64,000 bases of DNA from assembly GCF_964355755.1 (NCBI RefSeq), contig NC_092678.1, forward strand, positions 5,720,422 to 5,784,421, written 5' to 3'. Below are positions 24,001 to 39,000 of the stretch, in pieces. A program made the translations under genes and the position numbers. Each line of letters opens with the position of its first letter. Positions within the stretch are counted from its first letter, which is position 1. The notes under the pieces were generated by a model, which worked only from the letters and a program-made list of their open reading frames with translations, ran no database searches and was not told the DNA's origin. This stretch comes from Antedon mediterranea (Eukaryota; Animalia; Echinodermata).

Positions 24001-27000
24001 CATAGGACAACATCTGCAAGAAAGTATAGTAATCCAATAGATAAGATAACATTAGTTGGCCTAGAGGTGTTTCCAAATGAGAGTACAAATTAAGCCCTAT
24101 GGGGTAGTCTCATCTGAAGCAGTGAAGGTCAAACAACAGTAGCAGAAGAAGCCTTTTCATAATTTTAAAACCAGACCACTACTGTATATAAATGGGGCTT
24201 ATTTTCCTTGGAGAAATGTTCCTAATTACAGTAATGTTCTGTTCTTTGCCTGATACGTCAATTAACAATTTAGACCAACGCAAATGAATATGAAGGGAAA
24301 AACAAAATTTGTTACTGCCAATGATTGTTGGTAAAGTTATAGAAATTAAAGATAATTAATTAGGAAAAAAATGTAACACATTAAATAACCCTAAGAATCG
24401 AAAAAAGACCTATGCAGAGTGGAAAATGTTAATCAACAATAAAAAAGAAATACATTAATATCATTCAAATACAGTAGATTTAAAAGATTTTGGACATTTC
24501 TCGTGCATATATCATTCAAATAAAATTATTGTGGCATTTCTCGTATTAAAATATAGTACTACTTTGGTACTTAATACTACCATTTTCAGCCACATTAAGA
24601 AATCGTTTAATTCCCATAGGAGTCTCTTCAACCCAAATACTTCCTGATAGGGTGTAGGGTAGATTGATAACTTCCTAAATTTGAAAACTAATACCTTTGT
24701 ACGCACTGTAGCAATATTGGACACATACAGCAGATCAAGAGTATTACAATAGCTTATGAGACAATCCCATCGGATTAAGGTTTGCTGTGACCGAGCCACC
24801 CTTGGCCCTGAAATACATTCCAACAGTAGGCCTACAAATGCTATGTTTTCACCCTTGCAATACAGTTGCAATTGGATAAGAAAAGAAAAGCACTTTTTGG
24901 TCAGTTGTCCTATTTCACTGTCAGGAAAAAAAATGTAAAACTGTTTTTTCTTGGACACAGAAACAGGGTCACAGGGTGTGTACATTTAAATCCTCATAGC
25001 AGCTCAAATCACTATTATATCATTAGTTTTATTATAGAAAATAAAATAAAAATGATTTATTTTATGACTTATTTATGTCAAATGACATAACATACATCCA
25101 CACATACATTACCAGATGTCCTGATAACGTAAACAAGTTAATGACAACAGGTGTTTTAACACCTTTTTTGGCTACTACTTACTGTAGTGTAACAAATCAC
25201 AAACTTGCATGCATGCTACCTAAAGCCACAAACAGAAATGTTATTGAGATCCCTTCCGAAAATCCTGGTAGAAAGTGATCCCATCGGATGGTGATAATAA
25301 CTAGACATGGGCTTTGATTGTTTAGGTGATGTTTTTAATGGTACCTGTAATACTTTATAGGTAAAAGTCCACTACCTGTCTTAACAATTCTAATCACAAC
25401 TATTAAAGTCATGGCAAGACATTTTGACAAGATTCAATTTGAAGAACACACACAAGGAATAGACAAAGATAACCATTTAACAGTATATGTTGAATTCCTC
25501 AACCATCAATGTCACTTCCTCAAATTTAAACGATATAAATCATCACCAAAATCAGGAGAAAACTTTAAAAACATAGAAAATACTTGAAAACCAATTAAAT
25601 TGTTGACACATCTAGGTATAATTTGTAGTATGTAAAAAAAACACCTATATTTACATTTTGCCAGAAGAATCTTTACTTTATTTCGAAAGCACAAAGAATG
25701 AATTAAAGAAACAATATCATTATTTAGACTACCCTTGACCCTGGAGTTCTACCTTTAGTTCCACTTGGGTGGGCTAGATTCTGTACCTTCCCAATTGAGC
25801 AATGTCATCTGTTGTTTAAAGCCAAGATGGATATGAAACTATAAAAAAAAAGTATTAAGTTGCTTGAAGGACAAACAAAAGTAAAAGCCTAGGGTTGTTT
25901 TGTAAACAAATACCTCTAAAACAGAAACCTGCTCCACCCATAAATACCACTTTATCCAGGCAATAAAAACTGATAACTACTGAAGTCTGAAGAGAGTGTT
26001 CTAGGTATCCCTATATATCTTAAACTTTTAACCTGGTAGAATTGTTGGCATGGTATAGAAACATTCATATGATATAGGCCATGTAATTCAGCAGATTGAA
26101 AATGAATGAAATGAAAATTGGTTTCTGGTAATAAAGATAAAAGGCTAGAAAAAAAAAGGAAAAAACATTATGGCAGTAATATGAAGTTAAGAAAATAGAT
26201 TTCCCTTTCACAAATTAAAATCTACAATGCCCAGAATTTTTGACAAAGGCAGCAGTCCAATTTTGCTCCCGAAGTAGAATATAAACATAGAATATAAACA
26301 TGTTTGTTTTCAAATGCATAACAGACACCAGCTTGACATTGCACAACATTCTAAACATTTTCACAAAAAGCTAAATTAAATAGAACCATTGAATATCATT
26401 TTCATCTTTAAGCAAAATAACTAGAACATTGAAAAAAAAACCACATAATTTACTGTCAGACAGCATGTAGTTAACACCACAAGACAAATATTATTTCACC
26501 TTACACAGATGAAGACAACTTTGTAAACAAGAAAATGATTATGTTGACATAGCAACATCTGAACAACTGTAGGCTTACCTATAGGGAATGCCACGCGACA
26601 AGAATTACAAAACAAATTGGTAAAAACGCAATTTGCTGACTGTCCTGCACAAACAGTTGTGCAGAGAATACCAGGTTTAATATTTTATTAATTATTAATG
26701 TTACCACAGATGTTTAAACAAATTCACTCACAGATAATGTAACTTGCCTGCTTAATTTTTTTTATCTGTAATCTTCTTTAAATTTGTCCATTTTGTTTTC
26801 TTTTAATTTTCCAAAATCTTCACCCAAAATCAACAGAAATAATTACAAATGTTATGATGTGGTTCCATTTTATCTACCACCTAATTTGAAATAATGATAT
26901 ATTTTATATGTTATTTTTTTCAGGAATGCCACTTCCACTGCCAAAAATATACCATATATAGCATATTTATGAACTATTTATGTGGCAGCAGAAATATTAT

Positions 27001-30000
27001 AATTTTTTTAAACTATATGTATTTGCCTTGAAAATTATGTTTCAACACAGCTTTAGTTATAGCATCATATTTCTCTAACCTCTGCTTTTATCAAAAGTCA
27101 TCATAAATATTTTCATGCCAATCCAGTTCAGTACCTTTTGGAGGTAAACACACAGGCCATCTATCACCAAAACAATCCACCCAAGTTACACAAACACCTT
27201 TAGTTTTATCACAAAATTGCATGTAAAAACATGGTTTTTGTACATGGTTAACAAGCATTATTTGCCACTAAAATAACTGGTCACTGGGATAGGGGTCAGA
27301 GAAGCCTTTCGGAGGTCAACTTAAAGCTGTAGATTATAAATTGACATTTGGCAGATACAAATGAGATGTTGATACTGGTGAAAATAAAATGAAGATGCTT
27401 TTAAGGCTGACAATGTTAATCCAGAACATTTGAGAACAGCACTAAACTTTTGTTTTGATTTAATCATTTACACTAGGATCTCTTAGGGTATTGTACACTC
27501 TAAGAATTAAAGAACCCCCAGATTAATAAGGGTGTCCCCTGAAAAGGGGTTGGCCATAATATAAAGACATTTCAGTGTCCTCTTGATAGCCCAAGATGGA
27601 TCCTGATTATAGGTGTCGCCAAAAATGTTGTGATGGTGATGGAATTTTATCTTAGAGAATAAACCACGACCAAATTTTGGAGTAATTTTTCTAAAAAAAA
27701 TGATATTAGGCTGAATTAAGATTGGTGCTTTAGTTATATCACACCTCTAGATTGTACACTATCAAGTATAGGCTGGACTAGGCAACCTAGCTACTACAAT
27801 AATTGTTAGTATAAAATCTTAAATTATTTAAAATGATTAATTTTTTATTGGAGCCATTTCTTTTATCAAAATGGAGGTAATTTATTTACATAATAATAAT
27901 ATTCAACTGGTTATTTCTTTGCAGCTAGGTTTGATGAACAACAAAATATGTCCAAATTGTTACTGTTAATCAAACTAGGTGCTAATTAATTGGTGCTGAA
28001 ACCATAAAGTTCTGGTAGGGTCAATTATGATTACTTGATGACAATATCCTCATTATAAAATCAACGGCAATTGACTTCTCTGACCTAATCAACATTGTTA
28101 GCAGTGTTGAGTCGTTTTTTAAGGCTTCTGAAATACTTCAATGAACTAATCAATCAATAAGAAAATTAGCATGTTTTATAATTAAAAGACACATATTCAA
28201 TTCTGCTGCATAAAAAAAAAATTTAAAAACACTAATATTACTTTGTGAATTTAATGTCCCCAAATTTCTTGACAGCCGAAACAGGACAATATTCAATTAA
28301 TGGCATCAAATGGTTTAAAAAGTTAACAGGTTATTGCAGTCAACACCTGAATCCAGTGGCATAACGGCTATGAGCGCTCACTGACTAAACCCAGGCCCCA
28401 GAGTATAACCAATTTTAGCTTTAGAGGCCGGTCCCTTAGGAGTGCAAAACCCGGGCCTATTGCTAGTAACTGCCTGAATCAATTGCGGACTTTTTAAGAT
28501 TGCTTATTTTTTTGTGTGGACCTATTTTTGCTGGCAAAACCAGAAAAGCGGTCCTATTGAGCAAGTAATAAAAATCCATTTGAATATTAATAAACATTTA
28601 TAGTATGTTTTAAGTTTAGTCTCAAGTTCTGTTACTTAACCGCAGCAAAGTATTGTATTAAATGAATAATTCATTATCGTTACAACCAATATTGACAAAC
28701 TACTGTATTTTAGCATTTTGAATAAATCGTTACAATTAATATGACCAATAACTATATATTAGCATTTTGAATAAATCGTTATAATTATTATGACCAATAA
28801 CTATACTATTAGCATATTTACTTATTCATTAGCAAATAAAGCTGTAGACACAATAGAACAATACCAACCTATAGCATTAAACTAATTAAATATAAGTCTT
28901 TTGAACATAAAACAAACATGTGACTAATTCCAGAATATAGACACAAATATCTTTCATCTAGGACACACTATGCCAGCTGATATATTAATTAGTAGTATCA
29001 AATTAAGTACCGGTAGTATTATAAATATTTAGCTTGCTATTTTATTAATTTCAAAATGTTTTTAGTACTGTACAGCCAACAAAGACACCACAAAACACAG
29101 CAGTGTCCATTAGAAAAATAATACTCCGCATGATCAGAAAAATATGAGACTGTTAGACTCAATAGCTGCATAGTCGGGTGACATCCACTAAACTAATGTG
29201 GTTAAAATGCACTATTGAGAACACATGCCAGGCTGGTCTGAAGAGTAATAATTTTGTATTTGGGAATGTACCTTATAATTATTTGTCTCTATATGATTAT
29301 TATCATTATTGTTTAAAGAAAACTATAACATTTTTTCACATACCTCTTTTTCTATTTCATCACTGTTCATTCTACTGATAATAGTTGAAGCAGGAACATA
29401 TCCTGACCCTATAAGGGAAAAGATACCAATGAAGTAAAGAATAGCCAGTTTGTACACAGAGTTAAAAGTAACAAGCTATATTAAGGCAGTTGAATATGGA
29501 ACGCCAAAAAGGTAAGTATGTGCCCTTTTGCCATTTCCTAGAATGTGGTAGCATAAACTGAAAAACAATATTTTTTAGAAGAGAGATATATGTTGGCTCG
29601 GATCACAAATTAATGATGTGCTTAAAATTCATATTTTCAGAACTTTACATAATATTCTAATTTCAGGCTCAGCTTGAAAAAAATCGATATGCGATTTATC
29701 ATGAAAATTGCTGTACCAATTGTATCCATTATTCGTAATGCATGATATTGTGACCAATAATGAATTGCGACTACTAGCAACGGATTACCAACGCAACGAA
29801 TACAACATCATTGCATCAAGATCTCTCAAACCTACCTGATTCCACAACAAATTGAATCTCCAGATCTTCTCCTTTCTGTCGAGGCGTTGGATCAACATAT
29901 TTAACATCTTCAGCAGTTATGGTTGGTACTTCTTCTGTAGCTTGTCTTCGTCTCCTTGTCTTTGCTTCTTCATTGATTATATTTGCCATATAGTTGCGAA

Positions 30001-33000
30001 ATTCCAAGTCCTTTTCTGGCCAATCTGCTTCCTATAATTGAATTACACAACTATCGAAGTAGCTTTGTGGTCTTGGTATAAATTGTATTATTTTGGGTTT
30101 TTTTTTTTTGTGCCAAAAACAAAAGTGTAGACCAGTAATATTAATTATTTGTATTTTGTGAGTTTAAAAAAAAATTATAAAATTCTCTGAATTCTGTGTC
30201 GAGGAAGAGAAGAAGAGGAAGACAAATACAGTATATTAATATTTTATTTGCTCGTTCATGTGAATGATACCGACAGACATACAGTAAATCTATAATCATA
30301 AAAAAAAAATTTTGAAATGCGGTAACTTCTTATAAAAAAATTGACATTTTCTCACCGTTTGATCAGATAAAACAATAAAGGTTAGATCGTAATCTAGAGA
30401 TTTAGGAATTAAATCAATCAACAGCTACATCCCAAAGAATTAGAAAAAGAGCTATTTAATTTAATCGCTATGGATACAGTAACCCTGGTGACCCAAAACA
30501 CATTCTCCAAATCCTAATTGTAAACACATGGTGCTCTTAAACAATTTTCTAGACACCTGAATGTGAAAAATACACAATTAAGTTATGTTGTAGATTGGGC
30601 CATAAAACTATTATAGCATATTAAATAAAATTGCCATAAAGTTCACATGTTTATTTTATTAAGTTAAATTATTACATAATAAGAAAAACTGCAAGTATTA
30701 CTATTATAAATATGCTTTTATGTGTTTACCTTTGGATTTTAATAATAATTACACTTACAGAATTCTACTAATTTCAGGAAAACATATTTGGCTAGCACAT
30801 TTATTTATGGTTTTGGGGGCGTCTAATAAAAATATAAAAGAATTTGATTGGATGATTTTTTTATGACCACCTTGTTACAAGTAAACAATTTAAGATTTTT
30901 GTGCAAGTAACAGGTCTAAAGGTTACTGAGGATACAATGAGATTCAAGTGAGTTCTCCGCCTCCTCAAGTCCCCCTATATTTTGAAACTTGCAGTGCAAA
31001 AAGTAAAAACATTTAAAAATCTTGAATCCATCAATGCTATATAAATCAATACCGAAAACCAACCTGTTACATTCAAGCATCAATAATTGCATGGTTGATA
31101 TCCGATTAAAGATGGAAACATTAGGACAGTAGGTGTGAAAACAACTATGAATGTTTGTTCGTTAAATGGAGAGAATATTTTCATTCATTGAAAGATTTAT
31201 TAACTCATGAATATTCATGAGTCATTTATTTGTATATCTTACCGTCATTGATTTGACTTCAGTACTAACGACAGACGCCGTCTTATCTTCATCTTTCAAC
31301 GAATCAGGATGAATATTTTGTACAGCCTAAAAAAAGCAAATTCCATGAAAATCAATTGCAAATCTCGGTTTCAAATTGTTTTTTTTATCATACTCATCCA
31401 ACAGGAAGTAACTCGCCAATTACAGGATGGATAAACTATTTTATAATTTATCGTGCTTAAAAACTAAGTCTCATTTGAGACTTAGGGAGTGGAGTTGAAG
31501 GAGTCGTGAGATACAACCCTGGCACTAGGTCAGGAGTGAACCCTGGACCTTGGAATTGGAAGGCAAGCATGTTAAAATCTACAGCTCCACTACAATTTTG
31601 GTAAATTGGTGAATATCATGCAAATAGTATTGTTAAAATCTGAGTTGAGCTGTTAGATTTTAGTCCCACCTAGCAGATACTGTAAGTTTTATTGGAAGTT
31701 TACAAAGTAACTTTCACTTTATTGCAGTTTTAATAAAGTTATTCATTTCTGTTTAAAAAAAAACAACAAATAATTATTTCACTTATAAAGACAAATGAAA
31801 CGGTGAATTTTTATCAAAAACCATTGTCTGACAGACAATTTAAACATTTTGTGCTTTTAATTACATTTTGTTCAGGTAAATCATTTTTTAATCGATCCAG
31901 TTTTTGATCAAAGTGAATACCTATTACGTGACATTAAAATGGCATTTAACAAAATACTTGAAAAAAACAAACAAATTGGACAATGCATCTTTAAGTTTTT
32001 GATTAAATATTTATTATTTATTTATTTATTATTATTTATTTATTTATTTAGTACTGTATTTGTTGATATTTAGATCATGGATAAATAAATATCACTTCTG
32101 TTTTAAAATTTAAGTATTGTACAAATTTAAATCGCACATTTGAGTAAGTGGGTTACCAACCTTCCGTAAGACTGCAGTTTTATTGAGTAGACAGCTGGTC
32201 ATAATTTATTCTTTATTAACAGAAACATTGAGTTTGTAACAAATATTACATATAGTTTAATTTTATGTTTACAGTATTGTTATTTGGTAAAAGTTGTTTG
32301 TTGTAACCATGGGAACTATGGCGTGTCAGTTAAACTTAACCCAGTTCAAAACTTTGTGACATGAATTCCCAAGTTATATGATGAATTACAGTATAACAAT
32401 CCAATGTGAGCTACAAATAATGAATGAATGTTTGATCCCTGTTAAATACAACAGTAGTCTCTCAGTCAAGTTTGGAGTAGTTTAAATGCATTTCCAATTC
32501 TCTGTTTGAATAGACTTTACTATTCCAGTGGATTTTGATCAGAACATTTCTACTGCGAAAAAATAACAGATTATTAACTGGATGTGCAAATAAATTACCT
32601 TCAACGATTGGGTGACAGAACACAATTTAACCGATATTGCTGTGCGTCTTTTAGCTGCAAAACAAACGTTTTGATTGTCAGCTGTTGAACATTTGACCAG
32701 CACCTGAATACGTTTTTTGTTAACGATCCACCGCTAATTTAAACGGTTATTTGTGAGCACAAATTTATCATTAAATGTAGACGGTCTAAAACTTATATAA
32801 TTTTTCAATAAACGGTTTATTCAGCTCTATGCAGCAGAAACAGGCAACGGCCCTAGTTAAATACTCTTATTCCAGTGTTTTAGAATTTTGATCAGAAGAT
32901 TGTAGTGAACAAGGTGTAACCTTCATGGTAGAACTGAGACAGGATCACACTGATTGATGTTGATATAACTGTAGTTTGGTTTTGATTTCAACAGTCTTCA

Positions 33001-36000
33001 CTACTCATTTCTCAGGAATGTTTTAAACATAAAAGTCTTTGTTTATACTAAGTGAATCAACAGTTTTAAATCACTCTTATAGGAATTTGAAGATGAAACA
33101 TAAGATTCCTCATCTTTTACAATGACGGCATCTTTTTAGAAATTTTGTTAGCCATCTGAATTTTTTTTTAATTGGATTACTATTACCATGGAGGTATAAT
33201 ATACCTCCATGCTATTACTAACTCATTCAATCATAGTTGGTCATATTCTTGCTTAAAGCCCCATTCCCTACGTTTTTTAGATCTAATTTAAGATCACAAA
33301 CTATATTTAATGTAAAAATAATACTATATGGTCCTATTGCGATAACTTTTTTCGTCTTTAAACTGTTAAAAATGTGAAAAATAAGTCGATTCTAATAATT
33401 ATAGCGGCCCGCTATAAATCCCAAAATGCATTGCGCGCGGATTGATATTTTTGTTTTTCACCTGTAATTCGCCCACTTTTCGATCGATCGTGAGGCCAAA
33501 ACAAATGGAAGACTCCTAACTTTTCAGCGAAAATACCGGGTTTTCCCCAATTTGTATCAACGGAGTCTGGCAAAAATAGAAAGACAATTAATGCAGCAAC
33601 TATACAACGTCAGGCTAGGTATATAGCTCGCGTACGATGTTCGTACGTTACCGATGTTTACCAGCTAGGCCTACAAAACTAAGCCTAGCTAGGCTAGGCC
33701 TAAGACCGTCCACGAGAGGTCGATCGCCGCGAGCTACTTAGGTAGTGCATTGTTTCTCACTTTTTATCATAATTTACCATAAAACGTACATTTAAGACAA
33801 GAAATGACATGGTTTAATGTTTTTAAAGTGATATATATGTATTATTTTCCAAAAAACGTCCAAAATTGCAGGGAAGGGGTCTTTAAGCAATATATATGAC
33901 AATGCACTTGTAAGTTTGTGTTAAAATGTTTACCTTCGAAACACGTAAGCATAGTGAAATTACACATTTAATTTTAAAAACAGATGTTACAGTATTTAGA
34001 ATTATTTGACACCAAATTAACCAAATCATGACCATAAAACTCTATAACTGTTTTAGTCCTTTCAACTGAAACTATTGCTAAAGCAACTTTTGAAATTAAA
34101 AAGAATTACCCATCATTATCTTACCTTTAGCCAAATTATAAAAACCTGAAATCTTTTCGTCACTAAAACCGGTTTTTGTAGTTTGTATATAAATTGCTTT
34201 CTCATTTTGAGATCATATGTGTTTGGTAGGTTGACGACGACATTATTGTTCACAGAGAGTAGCCAAATGATTGTGAAATTCATTTATTTGTTGAGATACG
34301 ACAAAATGGAGAACGCAAATTAAAATTTCTCCCTGAAAACCAATTTTGACAGAATCAATTGAGATTTTTCAAATTCTGTTTTTTTTGTGGTTTTTAAAAA
34401 AACAGATTTCTTTTGGCAAGAAAATCGCGCTATTTTAAAATTCATTTTAAATAAAGGCATAATTATCTGTTTTGAGAATTGGTCAGTAAAACATTATAGA
34501 TACATTTCCATTCCAGGTAGTAGTTCTATGGAGTTCTTTGATATTCTTAAATTGATTGATTCGATAGCAAAGTAGTAACAACAATTTACAAAGGGCATTG
34601 TAAATTTCATTGGATTAAGGATCAGTTACGTTTAATTGTAATTTATGAGTTTTCTGATTTCACTAATGTGCTCTATTCCTGTTGATCTATCAATGTCTTT
34701 AAATTTATAATTGCGTAGGTGCCAGCAACTTCACGTTTCTGTTGTGAATTACTGTGTGTAAAAGGTGCAAGAAATGAAACCAACTGGGATGAAAAACAGC
34801 TTTCATGTTTTTAAGCAAATAGTGCTCATTCGTCTGCACATTTGACGCCAATGCTCTGTCATACAGAGAGAGGGTTCAATTCAGCTGTGTAAATGAATAC
34901 CTGGTTGAAAATACTATGGCCACCCAACCACCTAAATGGCTTAGTAAAATGAGCTCCTAACAGCTCATTTCCCTACGTTCAGTAAATGAATACTTGGACT
35001 TGCCTATTGTACAGTATGGCAACAAAAATAGAGGCAATGATGTTTATTATTTTTCTATAAATAAAGTAGGTAATAAATCTGAATACATGATCTGGTTTCA
35101 ACTTTGTTGAACGCCCAGGAAGTTATTATACAAATAATGAATATTTATGAGTTTGATGGTACAAATAATTTCATGAAGTGAAAATAGAATTTCATATTTC
35201 ACCATGAAGTTATTTGTACCATCACATGGATATGGATTGGTCTCTTTATAAAAATGTACACTGGATCCATTTTTAAGTCTTTTTCTGATAAGATTTGTTC
35301 TACGACCATATGGGTATGGCGATATTGGGAAAAAAAGTCCTATGTTAATCTTGGCTAATTGCATTATAATACATCAGTCTCAAACTTTTGCCTTTTTTAG
35401 AAAAATTTTACTTTAAATTACAATGCCATAAATGTTTACACCATTTATTACCAACCTTAAAATAATTTTAGTGAAACCACGATTGAATATAAACACAGAA
35501 ATTGTATTAAAATAGGAGTTTTCCATTTCTTATTTTTAACCGATCATTATAGGAAAATCTATTCTAAACCTGAGGGTACAATTGATTCAACAACGTTATT
35601 GTACAGTATCTAAGTTATAAGTCAATTTAAATATTGAATAAGTAATCTTATTTAGTAACAGTGAGAGGTATTTGTCTGAATTATCATACCAGATGCAAAA
35701 CCTTGCAAAGAAATTTAAAATACATTAGAAATTACTACAAATAGTGTACAGTATTGACAAGCCAAAACTACAAAACTGGTTTCCGTAATTCGGTTAGGAA
35801 GCAATTAATTATACATTAACTGAAGACAGCTAATTAGGTTGTCTTTATACCATATATGGAAACAGTTTAGGTAACAATTACTTTTTTGTTATTTAATAGT
35901 TATTGTAAGTGAATTATTTTTTGTCTTTGTTATTTAAGCAAAATCATTTGTTACCCATTTTTTTTACCAAAAGTCTACAACTTTATAAAATGGCATATTT

Positions 36001-39000
36001 TCTTCATCTCTATTTTTCATGTTTTGAGAGAAAATACTTTAAAGACACCTTCCCTACGTTTTTTAGATCTATTTTAAGATCACAAACTATATTTAATCTA
36101 AAAATAATACTATATGGTCCTATTGCGATAACTTTTTTCGTCTTTAAATGGTTAAAAATGTGAAAAATAAGTCGATTCTAATAATTATAGCGGCCCGCTA
36201 TAAATCCCAAAATGCATTGCGCGCGGATTGATATTTCTGTTTTTCTTCTGTAATTCACCCACTTTTCGATCGATCGTGAGGCCAAAACAAATGGTTTTCC
36301 CCAATTTGTATCAACGAAGTCTGGCAAAAATAGAAAGAAAATTAATGCAGCAACTATACAACGTCAGGCTAGGTATATAGCTAGCTTACGATGTTCGTAC
36401 GTTACCGATGTTTACCAGCTAGGCCTACAAAACTAGGCCTAAAAACCGTCCACGAGAGGTCAGTCGCCGCGAGCTACCTAGGTAGTGCATTTTTTCTCAC
36501 TTTTTATCATAATTTAACATAAAACGTACATTTAAGACAAGGAATGACCTGGTTTAATGTTTTTAAAGTACATATGTATTGTTTTTACAAAACTTCACAA
36601 ATAGTAGGGAAGGTGTCTTTAACATTCAACAATGACTTGTTACACTGAAACATAAAACACTATTCTAAAATTTATACTAGTGTTTAAACCGACACAATAA
36701 AAACTGCTCTGGAGAGTGGTACTAATCACATTAAGGACCTGATCATGCGCTTGTTAAAAATACCAATTACATTTTTATGCCAATGGGAAAGGTTACAGAC
36801 AAAGTAACATTCACAGTGATTTGTTATGGTGCCGTAGGTAACATTAGACAGTTTAATTCCAACAATACTCATCTTGAGTAATTAATCACATGACATGCAA
36901 CATGTGTGAAACACACCTATTTTGATCCTTTAGAATAAATGGGTTTACTTCAAACCTGAGCATACATTTTAAGGTAGTACAATGTTTAATCAGCAGCCAT
37001 CCACTGAAAGTATGTTTCGTTCCAAGTTTACCAGCATAAACCAACGACAGACCCTATTCCGAAGGTATACACTTCTCAAGTTTACTTCATTACATTCATT
37101 TAGCAATAGCAGAAATTTATTATTTTATTTTTCACAGTTATTTGACACCAATGCAACACAAATCTGTCCATAGTTTTTTTTTCAGTATAAATATTGTACA
37201 GTACATGATGCCAACAAAAATATATGATGTTGATTATTTTTCTGTAAATAAAGTACAGTATGTTATAAATCTGAATATAACATCTGATGCATGGTGGTTT
37301 CAACTTTGTTGAGGTTATCATTACTACGCCCAGGAAGTTATACTTTATCAACACTGTAATCTCATAAAATGTTCTGCTTTTTTCGAGTTTTAAATCGGTT
37401 TAAGATTAACTAGAAACTAATAGCCCATCTGGTAGGGATATCAAATTGCAGGCTGTTATAGTTAGACATGTTTATCTAAAGAACAATCGTAGAAAAAGGA
37501 TCAATAGAATATTCAGTATTATAATATATTGTTTAATCAGGCTACAAATTATGTCACATGATCTGTACTGTATATACCAATAGTTACCAAGCTGGAATAG
37601 CAATAATTTGAAAAACAGTGCTATAAATGTGAATCTTCCACTTGTTTAATTTTACTGTTAATATTATCATATGGAGAGTAGAATTCGTACAGAATCTGTT
37701 CTCCTATTCTAACTACTGGTTATTGGTGACCTACGGTAATACTTTATTAATTGGTCAGATGTTTGTCCTACTCTGACGTAATTGTACATTTGAAAAAGTT
37801 GCAACAAAATTTCCAAGTAATTCTCAGGCTGGACTAGAACCCACGACTTTCAGATCTGGCATTCCATACCTCTAGATCATTATTATTATTAGGAATTTAT
37901 ATAGATGAATTATCCCAAAAGTAATTGATATACTATTAATATCTTTTTTAAAAGTCATGCAAATTTAATTTTAGAATTATATATTTTAAATAGCATACAT
38001 TTACCAAATTGAAGATAGTATCTAAACAAATTTTTAAAATTATACCATGCCATTGGCTGCCAGACTTTAGTTATTTAATGCAATGAACAAATAGCATTTC
38101 TGTTTTTATTAATTTTTTATTCATTCAAAATACATTATCAGAAATATAAACGTCAATATTACAAAGAATATTAAAGTCTTGAGTGAAGAATGTGGGCAAT
38201 TTAACGCCTTTAAGCGTTGAATATTGCCCCAAGAGCGTCAGTTGCTAGGCACACTCCTTTGTTTTGATAGGAGTCATTAGCTCAGTCCCCACAGTCTTAT
38301 TGAATTCAATTAAGTTGTCTGAGGTTCTGTTTCGGGAATATCAAATTGTTAATTGACAAAGAAAAAAAAATTGATGACCTGGTATGACTATATAAGGTAT
38401 CCATTGTAATTTTCATCTAAAGGTTCATTTCTTCTTATTATTATTATTCATTATTATTATATCTTCACCCGAAATTACAAAGTTTTTTTATAGACAATTA
38501 CAGATTTCACCGAAATCATAAATGGTTGTCCAACTTGTAATTAATACAAATGTTGAGAAACCAACAAGACTGGAAAAACATGACTGCGGAAGTTTATTCA
38601 AGCTGTGTCGTTTTAACATTGGATTTCATCGGTAACTAGGTAAGTAAAAATTTGCCAAATTATCTCCACAAAACCTCTAGTCCACCCAGTTGGTTAATTT
38701 GACCCAAAAAAGCTAATGCAATACATTAATATTACCCCAAATTGAATCTTATAAGATGAAATTATATGATTTCTACATACTTTTGTTGGCGTTGTAACCT
38801 GGACTGTTGTTTCTTGGCCTGATTCTGTTGTTTCTGTTTGAAAAAGAAACTACGTATGAATTATGAAATTTCAACATCATTTCGGCTGCTATATTGGATC
38901 TATGATGGCAGATAATGTTATAAAACTTCTCAGTAAAATTCAGGTTTTTTTGATACCCCATGGGTTGAGTAGAGAAAATGTGTACAAGCAACAAACGTAC

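Noticed and set aside
31203-31222. Perfect palindrome actcatgaatattcatgagt as a footprint
   Set aside because: No target-site duplication; it may be a transcription-factor palindrome or chance.
31500-31590. tRNA gene (also tRNA-like remnant near 37825-37870)
   Set aside because: No complete cloverleaf; the 31.5-kb copy is attached to a repeated SINE body, so both are treated as SINE heads.
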